Shown here: positions 53,178 through 64,000 of the stretch, one piece after another
How positions within the stretch are numbered: the stretch's first letter is position 1
Layout of the letters: every line of letters begins with the position of its first letter
Origin: Octopus sinensis
Lineage: Eukaryota
Length of the DNA: 64,000 nucleotides
Direction of reading: 5' to 3'
Assembly (NCBI RefSeq): GCF_006345805.1
Contig: NC_042998.1
Span: 72,726,001 to 72,790,000, forward strand
Notes under the pieces: generated by a model
The model's database searches: none
Seen by the model: only the letters and a program-made list of their open reading frames with translations
Told to the model about the DNA's origin: nothing
Program-made: the position numbers and the translations under genes

Positions 53178-54249
53178 GTATATATACGTAAATATATATA
53201 TATATGTATCTATGTATATATATAAAGTTAATCCAAATAAGAAAGCACAAAAAACATAACAACGCGAGGACATATATATATGTCAAATGTTTCGTGGACA
53301 ACGTACATATGCATATATGTATACATACGCATATATATATATATATATATATATTCAAAGATATATACGTATACACACACAATCACACCCATACTCTCTC
53401 CCTCTCTCTCTCTCTCTCTCACACACATGCATACAAGCCCACACATTTATTATTCGTTTTGCAAGATTCCCGATGTAAGATCGTGTGTTGAAACATATTG
53501 TAATTTTTTTCCTCAAATAAACAGTATATATTCGTTCTTCCTTTCAGCTTTATTATTGTATTTCCTTTAGTCTCCTTTGTCAGAAATCTTTAGTCACACA
53601 TCCTGTGACCTTTTCAGCGACTTTCCATTCCACGTGACTTCTCCTATTCTGTTTAGGCCTTTTAAACTTTTTATAGTGTGTATCCTTATCCGCGCATGAT
53701 TTTGAGTCTGCATGTGTGTGTGTGCATGTGCGTAAGTGTCTGCGCGTATGCATGTGCTTGCACGTCTCTATTTGTTTTATATGCGTGGTTTGTGTATGAG
53801 AGAGTGTGTGTGGGGCGGTGTATGTATCTGTTTGCTTCTGTACTGTTTGTACCTATGACCTTCAGCTAGCGTTTTACTTTTTCGTTGATGCTGTTGATTT
53901 CAGTTTCTCCTTTTTCATTTAATTTCAGTTTCTTTTTCAATTATCTTCATAAAAGGGAAATAGAGAAATAAATAATTAAATAAATGGGGGAAAATCCTAA
54001 ATAAAGGACACGGCTACAAACTGTATAGTGATTTAAATTTGGTTCAGTTTGCAGTAGGATAGGCTGAGTTTATTGCTGGTTAATCACTATGGATTAAACT
54101 TCGATTCGTCATTATGATCCCCAAACCAGGTTGTTTACAGTTGAGTAGCGCCACAGTGATTCACTGCATCTCCTGAAGTTTCTGATCTAGAAATCAGCTG
54201 GAAATATTTTAGCATCAGTCATTTGGGTCAAAGCCAGATATCTGTTAAA

Positions 54250-54545
54250 ACAGTTGTCAAAGGGTCGCACGAGCACACACAACATTTGACATTTTACGGG
54301 AGATACGCGATTTTGGTAGACCGCCAACCTTACTCTTCTGACCTGGTCCCCTCCGACTATCAACTCTTTCTCAACTGAAGAAACACATGAACATTTCGCT
54401 CTGACTCGGGACGTGATTGCTGTTACAGGGAACTAGTTGGAGACCCAACATTCGGCGTTCTTTGTAAAGGGCTTAGAAAAACTGAAGGACCGCTGCAATA
54501 TGTGTGTGATTCAGAGAGAGGAATAAATTGAATAAAATCATAATT
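54250..54545 (+). mobile_element. Mariner transposase C-terminal remnant
   Basis: QPYSSDLVPSDYQLF (YSPDLAPSDY motif) and GLEKLKDRCNMCV...IE*, typical of mariner C-termini. Confidence 0.75.
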
Positions 54546-55319
54546 ATTTGATCCTCCTCTATTTTCTTTTACCCAAAGCCATGAACATTTCAGCAACCCC
54601 TCGTATTATACGGTTTTTCTCCTTGCCCTTTTCTTCTCTTATTCTGTCTTTTGTCGTTATGTTGCTGAATGTGGTGGATGCGTGTGATTGTTCCATTTTC
54701 GAAAAGAACGAAAGGGTCACCACAAACCAAACAATATCTGTTTGTGTAGTATTTCATGCGTGAATTATTACACACGATCGATAATACTTTTTTGGAGAAC
54801 TCCACATCGAGTCGATATACGAATCGCTTAAGAAATCAGTAGAAAATTATAGAAATTAAGAAGCCCAAAGCAGAAGGTAAGTAAAATAATCAAGAACAAT
54901 TAGAGTGGGATTATGAGTTACTAATAAAATATAAAGCAAAGCGGTTATTATACTAATATTCCCCATGTGAACTCTTAGTAACGCCAACCTACATGATATT
55001 TAATTAATTAATTATATATCTTTTCTGGGCAAATATTTGAATGTCTTTTTGTGTTATTTTTTTTTTTTTTCACATTTTCGGCTTAATTCCTGTTTATTAT
55101 TTAATAATAGGTATTGAGACTTGAAAATTGGAATATTTCTTGAAGGTATAACTTGCATTTCTTATTTCCAATTATGTAAGTGCTTAACTATTAAGTGAAA
55201 TACATTGGGAGTGTGTACTTTAAAAAGTTTCAGGTATTCCATAACATTGCAGTTAGCCAGAACTTGGATTAAACTAGAACTGCTCGTACCTGGATATATA
55301 TTATTATCTGGATATATTA

Positions 55320-55520
55320 TGTATGTATGTATGTATGTATGTATGTATGTATGTATGTATGTATGTATGTATGTATGTATGTATGTATGTATACGTGTAT
55401 GTATGTATGTATGTATGTATGTATGTATGTATGTATGTATGCATGTATGTATGTATGTATGTATGTATGTATGTATGTATGTATGTATGTATGTATGTAT
55501 GTATGCATGTATGTATGTAT
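55320..55520. repeat. (GTAT)n microsatellite, ~50 units (also ~9322-9432 and ~12595-12647 as TACA)
   Basis: Read directly from the sequence. Confidence 0.95.
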
Positions 55521-55968
55521 ATTAGACCACTCTAATACCGCAAATCAGTCAATGTTGTTGAAAATGTTGGCTTTAAAATTCTGCCTAAGAGTTATCTGTC
55601 TTCTGTATTTCCTAGTAATAATAAGAGCTAAAGAGCTGGAAGCGGGAATTTGATAGGGGACAGCACTTTTACCATAAAAGAATTTTTACTCTCTACTTAC
55701 TGTAAGTGAAGTTGAAATATGTCACAAACCTAGTCTAACTAACCTCAAATTCGCTTATACCTAAACACTGGTAGCGCTGATACTGCTAAATTCTTTCCGA
55801 GCTCGCGGTCTAATAGCGTGACACGGTTAATGTTACTGACAGTATCTCAGTTAAAGCAACGACTTTAAAATTTCGTCTTTACAATTTGGTTGATGTCATA
55901 AACCTTATTTTAACTTCCATAAATTTCCCTTATGTATGCACTCACACACACATACATACATATATGTG

Positions 55969-56017
<49 letters not shown>

Positions 56018-59000
56018 TGTGTGTGTGTGTGTGCGTGTGTGTGTGTGTGTGTATACACTGTCACAGACATCGTTGAGAGTCATACCAATTTACGCATTTG
56101 AACTAGAAACATTTTATTACTCATGCAGAATATTTTAATATATTCGCACATCGTTATTTCTAAATAATACAGAAATGCATCTAACAAAATGATAAAATAA
56201 TGTACTGTTTTTATGTTCTAAGCACTCTCTGACACCCAAACTAACACGACCACGTAGCGAGCAATTTCTCCAACATTCTTCGGGTCATGAACCTATTATT
56301 ATAACACACTGGTATATATGAGAAGCAACGAAATTTTAAAAAAAATATTTTTGAAGCCTTCTAAACATCAAAAAAATATGAAATTCCCTAAGAACCAGCA
56401 CGGAGCGTTTTAGAATTCAACAGCACTAAATCACCATCATCGACACTGCACGACATATATTCAAGAAATTTATCATATGTGCATCTCGGTACAACATATC
56501 CTGGAAGGTGACATAAAATACTGCTGCTGTGTATACAATAATTTTGAAGTTCAAACGTCGATCGACCATTAAGATTTTGTGACGTAATTCTACAAAATTA
56601 CTGTGAATCACCAAAATAGCATGGTTTTAAAAAAAATATTATTTAAACCAGCTTTTTCCTGTAAAACGATTTTTTGCAACAATATATATAGTACATGTTG
56701 TAAAAGTAGTTTTGATCTATGCATTATTCACATCATCAGCAAAACGTAATGCATCACTATGGCTTTCAGAATTAAAACGAATTTGGAAAAGACTGTATCA
56801 AACTGATATGAATTTATTTCTACTAGGAGGAGCGATAGAAATGGGTAGGTGAAAAGATTTTGAAATCATTTTGCAATAATATAGAGATAAATTTTATTTT
56901 TCACTAAGAAATTCACTGGAAACATTCCATATCTTTAAATTTTGGTGGTTGAGGACACCCTCCAGTACGAACGATTTCTATGATAACGGTTCCTTCTCCG
57001 AACATATCGTTTCACGGCATAAGCTTCATGTTCAATTTTGCTCCTCAGTAACATATGTACCTTCGAGCATTAGCAATGACAATTGTTTTACATTTGATAG
57101 AAAATGTTTCCAGAACACTATATAAGTACGTGATTTCACTACTTGCATGTTTTTATTGTGTCAGATCTAAAAATTTTCATTTTAAGCCAGGATGCACTGA
57201 TGCGTATTTGAAAATTTTGGTAACGAGCGGTGCATCAGCTTCAAATAATTTTCAGTTTCTTGTTTCTATTTTGCATCGATAATCGGTTGGATGTCTGTGA
57301 TGATTTGAGCACTTCCTGTCAGTTAAATATTCAGCATGAATATGATTAAAGCACAACTTTTCAATAACTTGGTCTTGACCGCTGAAAATAAGAGTTCCTC
57401 TTTCTGAGAGACAATTAATAAAGTATTTATTTATAATATAGACACAATACAGTGTTGAAAACTAGAAGTTATTTTTGAGAATCCGTCTCAAATCTGTTCA
57501 CTTAGTATAAATCATTGAATACTATAGTCACCACATTCAGTATCATACAATGATCATTTTCCAAGCTGATCTTCCAGTATGCACATATACAGTTATTTAA
57601 GGGAACAAACAGTAACTTCACGCTGGGTAGTTCCTTGTATGTAAAAGATACGGATTTTTTCTTGGTAATGGTTTGTCGACATTTTCATTAGGTCTAGGAT
57701 TTATAATTCTCATTATTTCAAGATTATTGCGTTCATTCTCTACGACATTATACAATGGCGATAATCATTCGGAATATTATTTTTCTTTACCTGTACGAAT
57801 GACAAATGTTTTGCATCATAGAATTTTGTTACTGTTTTTAGAAACATGATAAAATGAATGTCTATATATATTGAATCTCCGAAACAAGTGCTCTTAAGCA
57901 CTGCCGTTTTTAACTGCAATGTCCACTTGTAATGTTTCATCCACATAGGTTTGACCCATTGTGCGTTGACAATCATAAGTTTGATGAGGATGATGACTAA
58001 TCATGTCTTTGTGAGTACTGGAATCTGAATGTCGGAGTATTAGTGTCCAAATTTATTTCAAATATGTGCCATTCAATTTCCAATTAAATCAACACAAACT
58101 TAAAGCTTGTATTTCTTATCTAAACCATTTCCTGATTTCAAATTCATGGATATATTCCAGAACACAATGACTTCGCTTCACAGAGTGAAGAGAAATTACC
58201 AATTTACTGCAATTATATTATTTCTTTTCATACGCAGCACTGCAATTATTAACCTGGTGGTTTCCCTCACTTTCAGGATTCATACTAGTTTTCTTTTGGC
58301 TTGGGTCCCTCTACGTAATAAGAAATACAATTATATTACCACAAATTTGGTTGAATCACTAGGATTCATGAACTTCACCCTCTGTATATTATTATACTAA
58401 ACCTAACTCTGTTTGTGATACGATATTGAAGTGGACTTGATAGACAACATAAATATAAAGTTTCTTTCCGTATGATGGCTGCATTTGTGCCACAAGATTC
58501 ACAAAAATTTTGTTTTAACCCATTCAGGTTTGTTTTAACTAGTTAAGGTTTACCTTATCTTTAAATGGATATGAGTAAAGTTATTACAACTGCGCATTTA
58601 TTTCTATAACGCTGTGAAGATTTATGCATTTATGAGACCCCATCTGACTGTAGAAAACTTATATTTATTATTTTACGACAAACACCTATTGTCACAACAA
58701 AGTGTATGACAATAAATTAGTTCGAGAATTTGCCTTTGCACGCCGTTTTTGAAATACTGTATATAGTTATAAAATCCGTCTTAAGTTTTGAACTTACTGG
58801 TATGGATATTTTGCCACTAAAAGAAATGTTATACATTCAAGTACAAGCAGGCAATAAAAATAATCACTTCCATAAAAACCTGAGGCAAACTGAAAGACGA
58901 TATTTGAAAAATCTCTCACTGCAGACATAAATCCCAACATGAAACAAAAAAGTGAATAACAAACAAAAATAGTAGAATACAGAAAACTACCAAACATCTA

Positions 59001-62000
59001 GCAGGATATAAAACAAAAACTTTAGCAGTAAAACACTGTATTTAAATGTCCTCCTCCTCCTCCTTCTTATCATCATCATCATCATCACTGACATCATATT
59101 ATCCTCCTTGTCGTCGTTGTTCTCATCTTCATTCCCATCATCGTATACAAAGTTCACATCGTAGTCTAACTCATTAACAAACTCGTATGATATATTTACA
59201 TTGCGGCAGCATGCGAATGACCTTATTAGCCATTTATCAGAGATCAGTCACCAAAAATCATGCAACTGATGTTGAAAGAGTTAAACAGAAAAAAGTGTGT
59301 ACGTTGACCTTGACCAAGATTCTGACCAAGATTCTCAGGCAACAAGTAAATATCTACAAAAGACAAAAGTACAAGCATACACTAAATCTACCAAAGAACG
59401 GACTGGATCATTGCATAAACAAACATCTTAACTATACATATCAATGCTGTAGTATTAATAGAATGTAAAATCTTGCCAAAATTACAATTCTAAAGTTCAT
59501 GAAAAATTGACCAGCACTAACATCATAAAGGCCAGTCACCTTATTAGGCACACCTTCAAAACTTTTACACCCTCAACTCAAATCATAGTTAATACGTACA
59601 CGTCCCTCTTGCAATTATATTATTTATGCAGATCAGTAAAGTGAACCACTAAAATTACAATTACAGCATTAACGTTAAAAATATATTATTACATCAACAT
59701 CCAACTCCCTGCGCCTTTTTCTTCTCTAATTACTAACGACAATTAATTTTTTTACATTTCCATTCATTGCTATCCTCCTACCAGAAATAGTTAATCGTCA
59801 CATAAAAAACAGCATATAAACTACCTACCAATTCGTCATAACCATATAGTACCGACGGATATCACTTCTGGGATCAGCAATGTCCCTACTTGTCTTATCA
59901 GCTACTGTTCGAAAGTTATACTTACACTGTCATCCTATGAATTGTTAAATCACACATACAGTTTCACATCCAGATAACATGACAGTAACCGCATCTACAT
60001 CTCTGAACGTCTCCACTCACTATTGCACAATTATTCCAAACGAACATGATTCTTCTTATAATCCATTTCTGCAACACTTATATAAAATTAGTACGTAATC
60101 ATTGACTCCTCTCTAAGCAGCAACACTAAGGAAAATTAAATATAAACCAGGTACCACACACAACAACATAATGATACCTCACAGAAAAGAAATATGCTAA
60201 GACTTATATAGAGTTCCTGCACAACATTTAAAATACGCATAAAAGCCTTAGAAATAAAAGCAAAGTTATGCAAACTAAATAGTGCAATCATATTCTTGTC
60301 CAATAGACAAGAATATTACCTACGAATTTTTTTATTAGATTCATGATGGAAATTGGCATTTATATTGCCTCCTATTTTTCTTCAATAAGATATAATTTAC
60401 TAAATATTCGGTAATCTACGCATTATGACCTGTTGTAAAGGGACGATGAATTCAAGCTGCAAGCAGGAAGAAATTAAAACTCTTACAATGAAGGACCAAA
60501 TTACCATGTGTGTGATCCATAGTGATGTTGAAGGAATTTTCATCTGCAAAATCAACGTCTCTACATTAAACGACGTTCTAACACACGCATAAAACTCAAA
60601 TATCATATCAATTCCATAAGAATATCCTGAAAATAGTATTTTTCCCATTTAACAAATACCAGCATAAGGGACATATATCCGCCAAACACTAAACTAGACT
60701 GATTACGACCAACAAAATTTATGGAAGAATAGTATCTTCCATATGCTAATAATTTTACAGCAGCTGAGCCTATTATGGAAACATCCGGACAGAAAGGTGT
60801 TCATAAATAAACTTGTCAATTGAAAACTGCTTTTTTTCTTAGTATGGTCCCAAGATATATATTTCTTTATCGGAGATCGCAGCATTTGCAAGATTAGAGA
60901 TATATGTAAGTAGAAATATTGCAATTAATTGAGACTGTCATTAGATAACATTTACACATTCAGAGTACTAACGTCATTAACTAGTCGCTGTTATGATATA
61001 AGTAAAAAGATGGATTTGTGAGTGACACTCATAATACGACATAGTGGCTCTCTGTCAAAAGATCCCTCTATAGCAGCAGAACTGGGAATACAGGAAAACA
61101 AGATGTGGTCATAGCTGGAAAGCATTAACTGTTGGTCGCCTCATTCCTGGCCGATGCAGGGTTAAAGAACAAGCATGTTTCTTTGTATTTCATTATTTCT
61201 AGATTCAAATACACCAAGCTATCAAAAACATAACAGCCACTGGTGACCCTTATATATTAAGTAGTATCATGTGGATATAATAGCTGAACATTAATCACAT
61301 ACGAAAATACAGATGTTAATATTGTTTTTTCACAAATATTTTTATGCTTTCTATTTTATCCTATAATGACAATTAATTTGTCGAGCAATTACCAGGCTGA
61401 TACATATAAATGTGTGTGTGTGTGTGTGTGCGCGCATGAGCTATTGTTTACCATGTTATTATGGTATGGAAAATAGGGGACATTTTTCCTTTCATATCAA
61501 GATAAATGATGCCATCTCTTTTTATCTCAGAATTACCGCCTTTTATCGGAAATTATGTAAACATGCCATGTAGATTTCATCAGCCATTAACTTTAATTTT
61601 AGTTGTTTGATTCATCCTATTTTTGCATTTTTCTTACGACCATTGGTGTATTCTTAATGCCTTCACAAGAGAAATTTATTATTACCCTTAATAGTTAGTG
61701 CATTCACTTATGAATAGACACATCACATATTTTACCATATATCTGTCATTGTCAGTTATATAGAATTTTGACCCAAATTTCTTCTGTCACTTTTTGTATT
61801 ATGTGAAAAGTTCAGCTATCTTTCCCTTGTCACAATATAAACCTTATTTTTTCTTCTGTTAGCATCGATATGGACAAAACGGAACAAGAAACCGAGAATA
61901 AAATAAGTGCTGTTAGATAAAAACAAATGATAAGGTTTTGTTTTTTCTTTTCTATTATTATTTCATTTCACACATATATTTCCTACTCGTGAGAAATTCT

Positions 62001-62284
62001 GAAACAAGGCCGACATCAAAAGAACTTGCACTAAAAGGAAATAATACACTTAAGAGTTTTTTTATGTTTTTATGGCTTGAAAAAAACGAAGAATGTTTTC
62101 ACTGTTGAAAATGATTTCCGTAGAACTTAAAATGTTTTGCAAATGATGTATTTACGTTTAAAATATATTTTAATTTTCATTGTATCGTCTCTGTTTTCTC
62201 TTCCTATACACACGCGCGCGCACACACATATAAACACACGCACACACACACGCGAACACACACATATATATTTCTTTACTACCT

Positions 62285-62500
62285 ACAAGGGGACAAACAC
62301 AGAGGGGACAAACAATGACAGACAAACGGATTAAGTCGATTATATTGACCCCAGTGCGTAACTGGTACTTATTTAATCGACCCCTCAAGGATGAAAGGCA
62401 AAGTTGACCTCGGCGGAATTTGAACTCAAAACGTAACGGCAGACGAAATTACGGCTACGCATTTCTCCCGGTGTGCTAACGTTTCTGCCAGCTCGCCGCC
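62285..62500 (-). mobile_element. tRNA-derived SINE (family 1)
   Basis: Minus 5' end GGCGGCGAGCTGGCAGAAACGTTAGC (A-box-like) and GAGTTCAAATTCC (B-box), then GGGGTCGATTAAATAAGTACCAG. Confidence 0.85.
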
Positions 62501-62537
62501 TTCGTACAGACATATGTATGCATATGTACGTATATCG

Positions 62538-62928
62538 CTCTTTACTTGTTTCAGTCATTTGACTGCGGCCATGCTGGAGTACCGCTTTTAGTCGAGCAAA
62601 TCGACCCCGGGACTTATTTTTTGTAAGCCCAGTACTTATTCTATCGGTCTCTTTTGCCGAACCGCTAAGTGACGGGGACGTAATCACACCAGCATCGGTT
62701 GTCAAGCAATGCTAGGGGGACAAACACAGACACACAAACACACTTACATATACATATATATACATATATACGACAGGCATCTTTCAGTTTCCGTCTACCA
62801 AATCCACTCACAAGGCATTGGTCGGCCCGGGGCTATAGCAGAAGACACTTGCCCAAGATGCCACGCAGTGGGACTAAACCCGGAACCATGTGGTTGGTTA
62901 ACAAGCTACTTACCACACAGCCACTCCT
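62538..62928 (-). mobile_element. tRNA-derived SINE (family 2), near full length
   Basis: Minus head GTGGCTGTGTGGTAAG (A box) and GGTTCCGGGTTTAGTCCC (B-box-like), with an internal TA/CA tract. Fragments of this family lie at 9441, 12408 and 39628. Confidence 0.85.
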
Positions 62929-64000
62929 GTAAGTATGTATGTATAAAATACGAATATGAACCAATAATTATCAGCAGTTTTTTCTATCCTATCGTTATAT
63001 GTCTTGCCCTTCTGTCCACTATATTGTATGCTTTAAATTCAATAATAATTCATTTGGCTCTGTTATGACGTTAGTTTTAGAATCACGGCTAATTACATAA
63101 CGCTAGCTACTTCACCTACTTCCAGTATACTTAGCAGATATATTTTACAAACTCGAATAATGTGGTCATCCGCATAGGTTGTATCTGAATGTTCGCTTCC
63201 TTTCTGATGATTTCAGAAATGTGAAATGATATTTGGATTTTTCGTACTCTTTGTAAACAATATGGAATGAAAAACTTGCTTGTTACTGCATTAACAGCTT
63301 CCAATATTGAACGATAAATCATTTTATAACCTCGGAAAATGGATGACTAAATATTCGGCTTTGGAATAAACATTATATAATTATGCAACATTAAATGTAA
63401 ATACGACTGCAACTTAGAGAGGTTTTCATTTTAGACCTGAAACGTAATAACTAGAGAGGTGAAACAATGTCGAATGTGTATGATCCCAGCTACTTTTTCT
63501 TCCATTAAAAAACAGTAGAACATTGTAAAGAAGTACTGCGCCACCACTCTCGGACATGAGATTTCAATTCTAATCGATAATAGGTTCACACTTTCTATTT
63601 TCTGCTTACTAACTTTCAATTAAAGAGATTTTTTATATATTTTTTCAAAAGAATTTTCATCTGTAATCCCAAAGATAATCGACTTCTAAGAATTGTAAGA
63701 TGTTATCATGAAAGATGCATCATATTGCCTTCCAGAGAAGTTTCTCATATAATATATGGTTTTCCTATAAACAATACAGAACAATTTATACTACTTAATG
63801 TAACTATATTGGTATTTAGGAGATCTTCGATAATATGTCAACATGATGAATGAATGGAAAATAACAAGTCGATTACTATTAGGGCGGACAATTGCAATAA
63901 TGCGATGGTTAATATAAATATCAGAAATCGTAAAACTAGTGAAGATACTTCAACAGGCAATTTACCAAATCATGGAAAAATGATATATTGTCAGCCATTT

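Noticed and set aside
54853-54882. 24-nt micro-exon before a strong AAG|GTAAGT donor
   Set aside because: The acceptor lacks a pyrimidine tract, and such donors occur by chance in 64 kb.
62440-62928. tRNA genes
   Set aside because: A/B boxes belong to SINE heads. No complete cloverleaf, and they continue into SINE bodies repeated elsewhere in the window.

Overview
AT-rich, microsatellite-dense animal DNA that looks intergenic or deep-intronic. I infer a coleoid cephalopod (Octopus-like) source from the tRNA-derived SINEs and repeat landscape. I found no intact host gene, rRNA, true tRNA or CRISPR array; most listed ORFs are translations of (TA)n, (TACA)n, (TATC)n or triplet repeats. The window is a mosaic of decayed mobile elements: several Penelope-like elements (PLEs; RT and GIY-YIG remnants), Tx1/L1-like, RTE and R4/Dong-like (REL) LINE fragments, Tc1/mariner remnants, a Tigger-type MITE, a Helentron-type non-autonomous element and tRNA-SINEs. 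The most striking structure is a set of PLE-derived fold-back palindromes carrying outward-facing type I hammerhead ribozyme (HHR) motifs. Three sit back-to-back at 9591-12363 (six HHR motifs from three different families) and another is at 36897-37204. Different retroelement classes also appear to sort into different microsatellites: PLE 3' ends at (TA)n, Tx1-like at (TATC)n, R4-like at (TACA)n. All coordinates were read by eye, and element boundaries may be off by a few to tens of bases.
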